NCBI GenBank assembly: GCA_977017645.1
Contig: OZ360239.1
Span: 71,672,001-71,736,000, forward strand
DNA length: 64,000 bases
Origin: Torpedo marmorata
Taxonomy: Eukaryota
Direction: 5' to 3'
Under the pieces are notes generated by a model that was not told where the DNA came from, did no database searches, and saw only the letters and a program-made list of their open reading frames with translations. Positions 27,141 to 40,340 of the stretch are shown piece after piece. The translations under genes and the position numbers were made by a program. Position 1 is the first letter of the stretch, and each line of letters begins with the position of its first letter.

Positions 27141-27569
27141 GTATGGTCGAGTCCTCGTCTGTTTCAGCTCGTAGCTTTCTCTCCCCGCTATTCCTGTAAT
27201 CACTAGCAATGTGTCCTCTGAATGAAAGACTGTGGGTTCAAACCCCACTTTGGTTGAAATCTGAGTTAGCTGCTAGTTGTGGAATGAGCTGACCACCCCT
27301 GCCTCAGCCCCTTCTCTTACTGAGGTTTGTACCCCATGCATTTGTTACTTCTAGCACTTGATTTCTGTAAAGATGATCCTGGCTGGTTACCCAGCCATAA
27401 ACTTGAGAATCAACCAGAGCACCTCTTGTTTTTTAATAATGTGCCAATGCACATATTTGCTGACATACATTGACTCCTATTTAACCAATATCTGATTTTA
27501 AAACTCTTATCAAACTTTTCCACGTTTGTCTCCTGCCCTGATTCTCTGTCATCTACTTCAGCCCTACGA

Positions 27570-28685
27570 CATAGAATCATAGACAGTCACACAGGCGACA
27601 GAAACGGAACCTCTGACTCACTGTGTCCTTGCCGACCATCCAGCACCCATTTACGTTCACTCCACTTGATTCTCCCCGCGTAGCCATCCACTCTCCTAGA
27701 TTCCGCCACCCACCTGCACAGTGGAGGCAATCCACAGCGACCAATCAACTTGCCAACCGGGGACATAAGGAAACTGGTGCAGCTGGGGTCAAACCACTCG
27801 GCCACTGGGAAAACTGGGAAGACTCCACACACTCGGAGGCCAGGATCGAACCTGGATCACTAGGCCTTTTCACACCGCCGAGTGCATGTGGGCAGACCGT
27901 CCGATTTCTTGGGAACTTACCTGTAAAATGTCCAGTCTGAAAAGGCCCAACCTGGCATAGCAGGTCAAAATCGACCGGGCTCCGAGACCTACTCAGGGGT
28001 ACTCTCGGAACCCGGCCAAGTTAACCCAGCAGCAGTCCTCTGGTGGTCTGAAAATGCAAATGGCTCACCCAGTAATATTACTGACGTCAGCGCCTGCGTG
28101 CTTGCGTCACATAAAACCCAAAAAAATAGAGATAAGAGATACAACAATATAAATGTCACTTTAACGATGTCAAAGGGACCTAAGCCACAATATTAAAAGT
28201 TTTTTAAAATTGAAAAACTTGTAGCTTACCAAGATCAAAGAACAATGGGCCCGCGCAGGGCGGCAGCGGCACAATGCGGGATCAATGGCCGTCTTTGTTA
28301 CCCATAATCCCCCACGCAGCTGGAACCGCTCTGCGTTTCCCTGGCGCTGGCAAAGTGGCAGAGAGGTTCCAGCTGCGTGGGGGATTATGGATAACGAAGA
28401 CGGCCATTGATCTCGCACTGAGCCGCCGCCCTGAGCGGGCCCGTTGTTTTTTGAAACATTTCCTGTGAGTGCGTAACGCGTCACTCGCATCGTCTTCGTT
28501 GGAGGCGGGACCGCCCTTAAATTGCCTGGTTGCTACTTCTCCAGGTAAGTTACGCTGCAGTCTGAAAGAACCCAGAGGTCCAGGCTTCGCTGGAACTTTT
28601 CCCGGGACACAAGATGTCGGCGGTCTGAAAACGCCTACTGGCTTTGCGGGGCAACTGCTCGACCAGACGCTCCACTGTGCCGCCT
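27570..28685 (-). mobile_element. Degenerate SINE split by a DNA transposon
   Basis: SINE halves 27570-27861 and 28640-28685 flank the insertion next to the B-box. Confidence 0.6.
27862..28636. mobile_element. Non-autonomous PIF/Harbinger-like DNA transposon, copy 1
   Basis: TIRs AGGCCTTTTCACACCGCCGA...TCGGCGGTCTGAAAACGCCT, 3-bp flank ACT on both sides, long internal hairpin. Confidence 0.75.
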
Positions 28686-29080
28686 AAGTACCTGGAGTCC
28701 TTTAATCCTGGTCACACGATCCTAGCCTGATTATTTCCCTTGCTATTCCTTTCAAAGTCTTTATGTTCAGGATTCCCTCATTGTGCTTCTCCACCTCTTT
28801 CCTGTCTTGAGGCATCTTGAAATCTATTGCTCTAATTTCATTGTCACGTTGCGTTTGATCACATTTCACTTCACATTTAATTGTAAAGTGCTTTGGAATA
28901 TCGTAAAGCTGCAAAAGACTGTAACTAAATGGAAGTGATCAGAGCCACGGTCAGAGCTTTTTTACTGCAATATTTAGGAAATAATAATCTTCAGGTCCCA
29001 TGCAAACTTTGGATCCAAGTACCGTATCTGAGTGTCAATCACTGGGCTGTTACAAATTCTGTGCGTATTTTCCATCTCAG

Positions 29081-29285
29081 TCGAAATGCGATCCCAAAAC
29101 CACGATGGCAAAACCCAAGAATAACAACAGCAACTGCAAAAATATCGCAGCTGATGAAAAATCAAAGGTTGCAGCAGTCGACGAATGCAAAGCGGAGGAA
29201 CAGGCTTTTCTCGTCACTCTTTACAAGTATATGAAAGAAAGAAATACTCCAATAGAGAGGATACCGTACCTTGGTTTTAAACAGA
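29081..29285 (+). CDS. ARID5B: ARID5B coding exon (exon 6 equivalent; start of ARID domain)
   Basis: Acceptor tccatctcag, donor A|gtaagt. 205 bp, phase 0 to 1. SKCDPKTTMAKPKNNNSNCK...EEQAFLVTLYKYMKERNTPIERIPYLGFKQ. Confidence 0.96.
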
Positions 29286-30638
29286 GTAAGTGTCACCTTT
29301 TTTCCTTTTCTGGTGTCTTTCAAGAATTCGAGATATTTGAAATGAGTAAAAATTTATCATCAATTGGATGCACTGACTGAGAAAGGTCAGGTGATGTATT
29401 AGATTATTAATTTAAAGGATCCTTTGTACCAGGAGCAGATTGTTATCAGCAAGCAGGCTGATGCAGCATATATAGAACTTGGTAAACTGGTTTGCATTTG
29501 TTTCTGGCCATCACACATCGTTTCTGTTCAATTGCCTAATTTAGAGCCAATTGAAACCCATCTGCAGAAAAGAATAAGGGTTTCTCCTGGCATTGTTTAT
29601 TGAACAAGTGGAAACGTTCCCCCCCACAAAAGGGTTATGTTCTGTGACATGAATGGAATTCTTCCCCACTCCCCCTGCCCCCCCCCACCGCCCATCCACC
29701 CACCCACCTTACCTCCACCCCAGTGTTTAGTTCATTACCAGAGAAGGAGTATAAATCTCTAGCGTCCATTGTGGGGTCTATCCCTACACAATTAAAGTGT
29801 GTTCACTGCTCATTAAGACCTTGTTAAAGGCTAGTTGTGAGAAGTGCCTGCAGAATTACACAGCTCAATGAGCATAAAAATATTCAGCCCCGGCCATCAC
29901 AATAAGCATAGCTCCCTGTCTCTCCATGCCCATTGCAGGGTTTCTCAGAGGAAAGGCTAACTTGGAAGTTCAAAGGACCTTTGGAACCTCCCCACTGGCA
30001 CCTTGAACTTCACAGGGCAGCAATTATATCAGTTTCTTAGATAATTCAGATGCATTTCATTACATGTTCCAAAGGAAAGACACCCACCAAGCTGCAACCG
30101 ACCAATGCCTTCTGAAATATGTGCATCTGCAAGACCCTAACTGGAGGTCACAAGACTTGGGGTATGCAGCAAACTCTCCATAGTCAGGAATGAAGTCCTG
30201 TCATGCTTTGTGCCCAGTTATCCATGTTGAGCTTGCGTCACAGCAGCCAATGGTGGGTGTTGGGTAAGTGTTTAGCAAGCTGTCGCTGTTCCTCGGTTGT
30301 AAGTGACTGTGTGACTGCTTTCATTCATTCACTTTCCTGTATAGCAACTCTGTAGCATATCTAAATAAAATTGGCATTGATTCACCATATGCACATCTTG
30401 TTTACTGCTGTGCCCCATCGTGCCTGCTCCCCTGATTGTCACGTGGATGGTCAGCTACGTGGTCGTGATGTCACTTTCATATTTTGCGGGTATTGTTGAT
30501 GATTTTGATCTGGCTCTCAATATTACTAATAAAGCGATCACCTCACTGGGGATCAACCAGGGGATTATCAGAGAGGGGAGTGAGGGACGGGCTGCCGAAG
30601 GGCCCACAATTGAAAGAGGAGACTAAACGCGGAGAGCA

Positions 30639-30781
30639 ATACACAAAAATCGCTGGAAAAACTCAGCAGGGTGTGTAGCATCCGATCTGCTGAGTTTCTC
30701 CAGCATAGATGCTGCTGAGTTCCTCCGGCACTTTTGTGGATCGCACTCGACCCCAGCATCTACTGCTTTTCTCGATTAACT
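30639..30781. mobile_element. Miniature fold-back Penelope-derived insertion
   Basis: Inverted gctggaaaaactcagcag / ctgctgagtttctccagc. TSD CTAAAC(G/A)CGGAGAGCA (30623-38, 30782-97). Confidence 0.7.
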
Positions 30782-31659
30782 CTAAACACGGAGAGCAGTT
30801 GGAGAGGGTGGAGGAATACGTGTGAGCTTTTGATGAATTAATGGGGATCTAAGGGAGGCCAAATGACACCTCTCTGCATCCCTGGAAAGCACCAAGGCGT
30901 GTAAAGAAGAAATAAAGATATCTACATAATCATTTAAAGCCTTCAGCAAGGTAGTTTTCTCCTGGCTCCTGTCAATAGTTCCTCTACTTATTACAAGCAT
31001 TTGTGCTATCGATTGTATTACTATCTGTTAAATAAACAAAAAGGATGCATGCATAATTTTGGAGAACATCAAACAATTCTGAAGACATTAGTTACATTCA
31101 GATGGTTTTTATTGGACATCATGATCTAAATCTCACTAGAATCCCATTACGCAAGATCGTCGGTATAGCCTGCAGTGGAACAAGATATGAATGCTCTCTT
31201 TTTGTTGATGAGTACCCTGAGGAGACTCACAGCAAGCTTTAAATGGTATGAGTTTCTCCAGTAATACCATTCAGAGGCTTTACAGATCAAAGATAAAACA
31301 AATTGCACTGTACACCCTCAAATCTTTTTAAAAGGGGGAATTCAGGTTGATCTCATAATATCTATTTGCAGGAAAGTAATTTCCATTGCCAATTACTCAG
31401 CTGGAGTTATCAATCCATTTGTACTGCAATATGAAACAGGTTCTATTCATATGGAGACATTGTGGTGAAAGACTTGCTTATGGATACAATAGCACGATGG
31501 TGATGTTACTGAACTAGTGATTCAGAGAACAGAAGTTCAAACCCCACACAATGCCGGGTTGAAAATTTGAATTCAGTTTTAATAAAACTATGCAATCTAA
31601 TTAATGATAACATTAAATTGACTGGAAAAGCAAATGAACATTAAATTGAGCGGAAAAAG

Positions 31660-31915
31660 AGGACATGGAGTCTGCAGAGATACAGGCAGGTTAACAGAGT
31701 GGGCAAGTGTCTGGCAGATGGAATACAACGTCAGCACATGAGTTCATCCACTTTGGAAAGAACAATCGTCGATTGGACGAGTATTGAACCGGTGAAAAAT
31801 TGTTGTGCCAAGAGAGCTGGGAGTGCTTGTGCATGAATCACAAAAATTGATTACTGCACCTGCAAGCTGAGAAGGCAAATGGGATGTTGGCCTTCATTGC
31901 TAGAGGCAATGAATT
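31660..31915 (+). mobile_element. CR1 RT fragment
   Basis: LQRDTGRLTEWASVWQMEYN-like translation. Confidence 0.65.
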
Positions 31916-32486
31916 CTCCTCCTTTGTTCTCAGCTTGCCCTTCAGCTTCAACAGACTTGGCTATTCCATTGGTCTACCTCCAATTTTCCAGCGCATTAAA
32001 CTTAGTCGTCCCCTGCTCTTCAGTCTGATCAACTAGCCTCCAGGCTACCTAAAGATCTCTTGTCCCTTCCTATTCCCCAATGACACATCACAGCTTTCAA
32101 TCAGATACTGATGCCATGCAGTGATCACATTCTTGCTTTCAATCACTCTCTCTCCTGCTCTCTCTTTCTCTCTTGCTCTCCCTGTCCCTGTGTTTTGACT
32201 GAACTAAGTCAGTATCAGGAAGTATGAAGCTATCCCTTTTGCACCTATGCTAAAAACTGTTACGTAGCAGTGTAACGGTGCCAATTGCTGTCACGTATGG
32301 TGACCCTTTGGAATGTGCTGCTGATATTTTCTGGAATGTCCTGGACTGTAGATTGTCCACAGAGTCACCAATTTCTGTGGACAGTGGGGAAAACACACAG
32401 CATGCGTCCTGTGTTATCAATGAGCTCCCGTCTGAAGCTAGACAAATGCCAGCTGTGCACGAAGAAGTGCTCAGGTCTGATGGTCA

Positions 32487-32640
32487 ATGCTGGAGGAACT
32501 CAGCTGGTCTCGCAGCGTCCATAGGACGCCTCTATGAAGCTCCTCTGGACACTGCGAGTCCGGCTGAGCTCCTCCAGCATTTTCTGTGTGTTTTTACTAC
32601 AATCACAGCATCTGTACACTTCCATGTTTCACTCATTTAC
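32487..32640. mobile_element. Miniature fold-back Penelope-derived insertion
   Basis: Inverted atgctggaggaactcagc / gctgagctcctccagcat plus one-sided tail. Probable TSD CTGATGG(T/G)CA (32477-86, 32641-50). Confidence 0.6.
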
Positions 32641-32685
32641 CTGATGGGCATCATTTCACCTGGGAGTTATCAGTAGCGCTGTCTA

Positions 32686-33565
32686 GGACATTTTGGTGCC
32701 CACAATTTGGTGCCGGACATTTTGGCGCTGGACAGTTTGGCCTGCCGCCCCACTCACTGTCTGCTGGCTGACTCCATCCCGCCGCACTGTCTGAAACCCC
32801 GGCGTTGCAGCACTACCTGAACCCCCTGTGTTGCAGAAACTCCCTCCCCCCAGGAAACCGCTCTCCTGGCAAACAAGGGCTATTCGTAGCTTATAGCGAT
32901 ATATTTAAATTATTAAAAATAGTCGGGGAACAATCAAAAACAAGGGCTTTTGGCAAATTAAAATGATATATTTACTGTAAGTTATTGTAAGTTTAATTAC
33001 ATATAATGGAATATATAATTAATTGAATTTAAAATTATTAAAAAATTAAAAACTCTCATTAAAAACAATCCAGTTGTCTTAAAAATTATTAATTAAATTA
33101 TTAAAAACTGATTATGAAAAAAATTTGCCGGGGAAGGGTTAGATTATTTGTATTTGTATAATAAGTGATGTATTTTTGACTTCGGTAAGCAGTAACTAAT
33201 TGGGTGGGCCAGGGATGATAGCTGGAAACCCATTGAACGACTATCTCTCGTCATGATTGAGTTTATTCTGCGGACAAATCCTATGACATGATGGAAGAGC
33301 GAAGAGATCAAAAATGTCCTCAAAGGGTATATTCGGTTTTCTCAATGGGAAATGTATTTAATAAGTGTAACAATAAATCCCAAAATGTTTCTGAAACGCC
33401 GCAACACCGCGGGGAGTCGGGCCAGCGCCAAACTGTGGGCGCCAAAATGTCCGAAGGGCTACAAAAGTTTTTTTTTCGCCAAAATGTCCAGCGCCAAAAT
33501 GTCCGTCGCCAAAATGTCCGGCGCCAAAATGTCCGGTGCCAAAATGTCTGGTGCCAAAATGTCCG
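32686..33565. mobile_element. Foldback/MULE-like non-autonomous element with 15-bp subterminal tandem repeats
   Basis: GGACATTTTGGCGCC-type repeats at the left end and the reverse complement GGCGCCAAAATGTCC (about six tandem copies) at the right end. AT-rich interior. No TSD identified. Confidence 0.6.
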
Positions 33566-33800
33566 ATTCTGTGTTTACCCTGTGTAAAACTGCTGTTATG
33601 TATGATATGCATCTTTAAAAAAGTGTATAAATTGGTACAATTTCTCAGCTGTTCTTACATCTAATATTTTCATAATATAGTGTACATATAACTTTTCATC
33701 AGCTAATATTAACTTTTATATATATTAACTTTTATATATATTCCAATGGCTCCTACTTAATTCTTTACATTATCCTTACACATTGTTCTTTTTTAAACAG

Positions 33801-33853
33801 TTAACCTTTGGACTATGTTTCAAGCAGCCCAAAATCTAGGAGGATACGAAGCG
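33801..33853 (+). CDS. ARID5B: ARID5B coding exon (exon 7 equivalent; ARID domain)
   Basis: Acceptor ttttaaacag, donor GCG|gtaagt. 53 bp, phase 1 to 0. (I)NLWTMFQAAQNLGGYEA. Confidence 0.95.
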
Positions 33854-34604
33854 GTAAGTCCAAGATCTGTGACTTTGCTTCTTTTGGTCTTGTCATTCAG
33901 CAGTTTGTATAAATAAACAGTGGCTATGACAAGCTCTTACCATGGCTGCAACCATTCTGAGTATGTTTCAAAAAAACTTTTCTTTTTTTTTTTGCACAGA
34001 GGCTTGAGATTAGATCCAGATTTAGAATGGAGCAGATTTATTGTAAAAAGCTATAAGTGGAAAACACATGTAACAGCTCCTCTGTCAAGGAAAGAAGTGA
34101 GCTCTGTAATTTTTTCCCATGTTGCCTCTCAAAGGGGACAATTATAAAGCCAAGACTGCAGAAAGGAATTTTTATTTGGCTGCTTATTTGGCATCTGTTC
34201 ATTTGTAATATGGGAAAGTATTAATGGCTGAAAAGTGAGCCAGTAATGGTTGTTAAAGAATTGTAAAGACCATTTGTCAGTTGTTGTTTTTTTGACAAGC
34301 TAATATGGAATATTAAAAACCATCAGTACACTGAGGAATGATGTACATCTCTGCCTTACGGTAGACAAAAATTAAAGAATTTCATGTATGTTACATTCTA
34401 AATGTAGTATTACGTGACAATAATGGAACCTTTACCCTTTACATCTTTTGCTTGTCTTTTGGTCAATCATTCGGAGATCAATTCAGTCTGCATATAACAT
34501 GATTAGAATTTTTTGGACCAACAATTATAGTACTAACATTCCAGCTATTTGTGCAGGAAAGATTTGCTGTAAAAATGGACTTTTCGATACACTAATCTCG
34601 GGTG

Positions 34605-35212
34605 TCAATCTGAATTTATTGTCATGAACATGTGTCACGAAATTCGTTGTTTTGCGGCAGCGTTATTGTGCATGACAGGTGCAAAAATTGCTATAAATTA
34701 CATTTTAAAAAAATAAATTAGGTCAAAAGAAGAGAAAAAGTGAGATAGTGTCTGTGGTTCATTGTCCATTCAGAAGTCTGATGGTGGCCGGGAAGAAGTT
34801 GTTTTTGTACCGTTGGGTGTTCGTCTTTAGGCTGCTGTACCTCCTTCCTGATGGTAGCAGTGTGAAGAGGGCATGGTGAGGGTCCTTTATGATAGAGGCT
34901 GCTTTCTTGAGACACCACCTTTTGTAGATGTCCTTAATGGAATGAAGACTGATGCCCCTGATGGCACTGGCTGAGTTCACAACTCTCTGTAGCCTTTTCC
35001 TGTCCTGTGCATTGGCACCTCTATATCAGACAGTGATGGAACCAATCAGAATGCTCTGCACGGTACACTTGTAGAAATGTGCAAGAGTCTTTGGTGACAT
35101 ACCAAATCTCCCCAAACGAAGTATAGTCACTGGCGAGCCTTCTTCATGATTGCATCGACATGAAGGCCCCAGGATAGATCTTCAGAGATGTTGACACCCA
35201 GGAATTTGAAGT
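34605..35212 (-). mobile_element. Rex1/Babar-like LINE 3' portion
   Basis: CLKKAASIIKDPHHALFTLLPSGRRYSSLKTNTQRYKNNFFPATIRLLN. Confidence 0.75.
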
Positions 35213-37314
35213 CATCATCGGTTATCAATGGAACTCCCGCCATTGATTTCAAAGAGTGTGGATCGAGGGCCTCTCCAGGGGAAGCCCCTTAAAAGAATAC
35301 AGAGGGGGAGAAACAACAAGGGTCACAGTGATGGCATTGATACCACATAGAGAATGAGTGTAACAGTGTACAGAGATGGAAATGTATAGATATGACGCCA
35401 AGGATGCGATAAGACTCTGCACGGATTTCCTTTGTAATTTTTTTATTGTGAGTAAAGTTTAGTTTTGGAATAAAATATTAGATGACATATTTAGCCAAGT
35501 CCTTTTTAAAGGATTTAAAAGCATAACAAGTTTATTGGGTGGTTCATTTTAGGTGTTTAAGGGTTTAAGGTCGGTAGATAATGTATGCAGGGATAAATCT
35601 ATACTGTTGGGGAAGAGGGTTCAGAATGTAATTTAATAATATAATTAGGCCCTTCAGGATTAAAGGATAGCATTTCTTCACACAAAGGGTAGAGAAACCC
35701 TGAAACCCCTTCTCCCTCCTCTCAAATCCGGGAGTCGGTTGAAAATTTCATATTTGAAATTGATACATTTATATTGGATAACTAAGTAAGTGAAGTTTAA
35801 AAAACATATTCTCTCTGTTTAAGGGACTTTGTAGTGCTCAGATTTTGCATCACATTTAAAGTTGGTGAGTAATTATGAATTATGATTCAATATAAAACTT
35901 TACTTTTACAGTAATCTCTCCAGATATTGAACAGTTCTGAGTGAATTATAATCTTGTGATAAATACCTAGAAAAGCTCATTTTTTATCTTTGCAATAGGG
36001 AACTAACAGTTTTGGTAACTGAAAGACTTGTTTTATTTCTGGTGAGGCAAATGTCTTAATGGAGGGAAATTTTCATAAAAGATCATAAGACCTGATATCA
36101 GCCAAGAATAAATGCCAGTCACTGCTTACATCAGAAAGAGGAGGTTATAAATTTCCATCATGTTATTTTGGCCTGATACAATCATGCTTTCTCTCTCTTG
36201 CCACTGTTTTTCTTTCCTCTCTGCCAACTCTCTGCTCCCTCTGCCACTCCTCTCACCCACTCTTTCTCACTTAACTCCATTTCTTGTAGTCTGACATTCC
36301 CTTTCTTTTTCGTCCCCTTCACACTCTCCACCTTTCTCTGCACTTAACCGAATATTAATCTGATAGTGAGTGAGCTGTGACAATCTCGGTAATTTTAGCT
36401 CCGGGCACTGATATGAAATGTTTAGCCATGGCATTGTACACAAAGAAGATTATGTTTGCTTTGTGCTCAGTGTCAAGAATTTATAATGTGTATATTCATA
36501 CATCTTGATAAACCACCAGTTTGTTAATAAAGCATAAAAGCTCGTTTCATAATAGAAAGTTATAAATATTATTTACTGAAAGTAGAAAATGTAATTGCTC
36601 TCAAATGAATGCAAGAAACAGTATTGTTTCTGAAAACAAACTCTTTTGTTTGTTTTAATAATAACAGTACCACTGTTGCCTAGGTTTTCCATTACAGCCT
36701 TTAGTAATGAAATTCCATTGACGATTGCACTGAGCAAAAGCCCATTTTCTCTACATGATACACTGTTCTCATACAGGGCTTTTATGCAAATGAGGCTACA
36801 GTGAAGCTGCTTTTCCTCTTTGTGAGGCCTTTCTGAATATGTAACTTGTGCACAATAGTTATGTCTTGTAAAAATTGAATAGGCATTGTGAAATATGACT
36901 GCAAATCAAGGAGATGCAAATTGAAATATAAAAGGAGTGCCTTGTAACAAAATCCTGGCACTGAAGAGAAAATCAATATGTTCTTGTGGATCGTTTTATC
37001 CATCCTCACATTACCAAGGTTTGCACATGTGTTCCAGCACCAGCTCTGCTACTGGTGCAGAGCACTTACAGCCTTGCACCACTGTGTGTTAGTGTTGATG
37101 TTTTGGAAGTGAAGGAAATTGAGCGCTTCCTCCACTGCAGAGAGTTGAAATGGTTTTGCTGGTGGCATTTCAGGCAGGGCCGGCAGGCTGTGTCACCAGA
37201 TTAGGGCTGCGGCTAAAACCATTTCGTATGGACTCCCATCGTTCAAGAGTAAATGAAAGCATTTGACACTTGTACTGATGGGTTGAACTTTCCTAATTCC
37301 ATCACAAAACCACT

Positions 37315-38101
37315 AGGCCTTTTCACACCGCCGAGTGTATTTGGGCAAACCGTCCGATTTCCTGGGAACTTACCTGGAAAACGTGCAGTCTGAAAAGGCC
37401 CAACCTTGCATGGCAGGTCAAAATCGACCGGGCTCCGAGACCTAGTCGGGGGTACTCTCGGAGCCCGGATGAGTTAACCCGGCAACCGTCTTCTGGTGGT
37501 CTGACAAAGCAAATGGCTTACTCAGTAATATTACTGACGTCAGCGCCTGCGTGCTTGCGTCACATAAAACCCAAAAAAATAGAAATAAGAGATACAACAA
37601 TATAAATGTTACTTTAACGATGCCAAAGGGAACTAAGCCACAATATTAAAAGTATTTTAAAATTGAAAAACTTGTAGCTTACCGAAATCATAAAACAACG
37701 AGCCCGCTCAGGGCGGCAGCGGCTCAATGCGGGATCAATGGCCGTCTTCGTTACCCATAATCCCCCATGCAGCTGGAACCACTCTGCGTTTCCCTGGCGC
37801 TGGCAAAGTGGCAGAGCGGTTCCAGCTGCGTGGGGGATTATGGGTAATGAAGACGGCCATTGATCCCGTATTGAGCCGCTGCCGCCGCCACCACCCTGAG
37901 CGGGCCCGTTGTTTTTTGAAGCATTTCCTGTGAGTGCGTAACGCGTCACTCACATCATCATCGTTGGAGGCCGGACAGCCCTTAAAATGCCTGGTTGCTC
38001 CTTCACCTAGTAAGTTAGGCTGCGGTCTGAAAGAACCCAGAGGTCCAGGCTTCCCTGGAACTTTTCCCGGGACACAAGACGTCGGCGGTCTGAAAAGGCC
38101 T
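37315..38101. mobile_element. Non-autonomous PIF/Harbinger-like DNA transposon, copy 2
   Basis: Same orientation and colinear with 27862-28636. Flanked by ACT (37312-14, 38102-04). Confidence 0.75.
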
Positions 38102-38109
38102 ACTGAGAG

Positions 38110-38460
38110 CTAAACAAGAAAGTCTGCATTTGCTGGGGTCTAGTGCAGTACACAAAAGTGCTGGAGAAACTCAGCAGGCCACGCAAGCATCCATAGGAAA
38201 TGCAGTCGATGTTTCTGGCCTGGGAGTAGGCTCTTTAGATAGTTTGTCTCCCGAGATGGAAACAGGGAGATCGACAAAGGGGAGAGTGTTGCGAGAGATG
38301 GACCAAGTGAATTTGAGGTCAGGATGAAAGTTAGCAGCAAAGTAGATAAAGTTGACAAGGTCTTGAAGAAGAGCTCAGGCCTGAAATGTCGACTGCCTTT
38401 CACTTTCTATGGTGCGCGTGACCTGCTGTGTTTCTCCAGCACCTTTGTCTCCTGCGCACA
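38110..38460. mobile_element. Penelope-derived insertion with inverted termini and a short internal RT fragment
   Basis: Inverted gtgctggagaaactcagcagg / cctgctgtgtttctccagcac enclose a minus-strand fragment similar to 41555-41670. Confidence 0.65.
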
Positions 38461-39043
38461 ACCTCTGACCTTCAATATTAAACATCCCCAAATCAGTGAA
38501 AGTGAAAACCAGCAAATATTATATCGGCTGTTCAAGGGCAGCACCACCCAATTTACAGTTCAAATTGAGAAATTTTCCAAATTGCTCCTTTTGAAAGAAA
38601 ACATTGTTTTACCTTTGTTTGGAATTCCTGGGTCCAGTCAAATTGATGCAAGTCAGGCATTCTCTCAAATGCAAAAGTACATGACTGAAAAGATTCTGTT
38701 AGTTCTTCCATCCAAAGGAATAATGTTTAATATGTCTTGGAGCAAATTTATAAACTTTGATTTTTACCAGCTATCGAGTGCCCAGGGATGAGGTGCTAAA
38801 GGGAATCAATGGATACAAGAGATAGCTGCTCACATCCACCCTCTAGTGGCCATTCACAGAGGAAGCATCATCAGACCAAGTGAAGGATCATGTTGCCTTT
38901 CAACACTGGGATGACACCTGGAGCTGGAGAAAAATAGATTTTAAAAATTAACAATGAAAGCATTTGCCACCTACTTTGGAATAAATGGCAGACATAATTT
39001 CTTTCTAATTGCATTGAAAGAGATTTAATTAATGTGTTACTTT

Positions 39044-39303
39044 ATTTTTTATTTTTTTAAATTTTAGACATACAGCACGGTAACAGGCCATTTCGGCCCA
39101 CGGGTCCGTGCCGCCCAATTTGCACCCAATTAACCTACACCCCCGGTACGTTTCGAACGGTGGGAGGAAACCGGAGCCCCTGGGGAAAACCCACGCAGAC
39201 ACAGGGAGAACGTACAAACTCCTTACAGACAGGATTCGAACCCCAGTCCCGATCGCTGGTGCTGTAAAGGCGTTGTGCTAACCGCTACGCCAACCGTGCC
39301 GCC
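39044..39303 (-). mobile_element. Full-length tRNA-derived V-SINE/HE1-like SINE
   Basis: Close reverse complement of 26228-26509. Short flank duplication cttt. Confidence 0.9.
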
Positions 39304-39847
39304 CTTTCTGGTCATTGCAGTAACATTATGACATAATCACTCCTTTGGCTCTGGAATTTTTGAGTCGTGTGGGCTTCTTACCTGTATGGGAATAGTGCTG
39401 GCTGGTGAACAAAAAATGGGTTTATGTTGTGGAAATGAGGGTCCATCTGCTTCTATAACACCTGGCAGGACATTATTATAGCTCAGTATACTTGGACACT
39501 GTCGAGGTGCCACTGTAACCAATTGTGGGGCTCACCTGTTGAGAGAGGATTATTATAGAAATGCTGCATGGATAAAGGCCCAAAAGCCCATTGAGTCCGC
39601 GAGCACTCATCGACTCTGACCCTACGCTAATCCCATTTCATTCTCGCCACATTCACATGAACTCTTCCCCGATACTACCTGATTGATTTCACCTTCACCT
39701 TGGGATTTTCTTCTCAAGTCCCACTCGAAAATCCACGTAAACGGAGCAACGGTGGCGAGAGGTCCCCACGTCAGGTGGTGTAGCCGACAGTAAGAGGATG
39801 ACAATGAGGCTGTGAACTAACGCGGGCTTTCACTGTGTTTACGGCAG

Positions 39848-39945
39848 ATAACCGCACGGCGTCAGTGGAAGCAGATCTATGATGAATTGGGAGGTAATCC
39901 TGGAAGCACCAGTGCAGCCACGTGCACTCGCAGACATTATGAAAG
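39848..39945 (+). CDS. ARID5B: ARID5B coding exon (exon 8 equivalent; ARID domain)
   Basis: Acceptor acggcag, donor AG|gtaagt. 98 bp, phase 0 to 2. ITARRQWKQIYDELGGNPGSTSAATCTRRHYE(R). Confidence 0.96.
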
Positions 39946-40340
39946 GTAAGTGTCCAACCACTGGTCCTTACCCTCGTGGGCTCTCTGCACCAGTCTCACT
40001 GAGGATTTTAGAAATATTCGAGCAACCGATCCGAAAGGATTCCTGTTTTGTTATCTTCACGGTGAAGCTTCCCTTAATCATGAAATTGCTGGTGCTAATG
40101 AGAAAATTTCACATCAGCACCAAGGCTTATCCCCATCATAGAAACTGCTCAGCTTTTATTCCCACCGGTTTCTTTTTTTAAAAATTTAGACATACAGCAC
40201 AGTAACAGGCCATTTCGGCCCACGAGTCTGTGCCACCCAATTTACACCCAATTAACCTAACGAACGGTAGGAGGAAACCGGAGCACCCGGGGAAAACCCA
40301 CACAGACACGGGGAGAACGTACAAACTCCTTACAGACAGC

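Noticed and set aside
33478-33565. Possible CRISPR-like array
   Set aside because: Head-to-tail 15-mers without unique spacers, in eukaryotic intron DNA with no cas genes.
33288-33618. ORFs with AKMSG / QNVRR / GHFGA pentapeptide-like repeats
   Set aside because: They are translations of a 15-bp DNA repeat at a transposon end, open in several frames and mirrored at 32686-32750. No evidence of a gene.
27862-38101. Two direct repeats of about 780 bp as LTRs of one retroelement or a segmental duplication
   Set aside because: Each has its own TIRs and flanking duplication, there are no TG...CA ends or gag/pol, and host exons lie between them.
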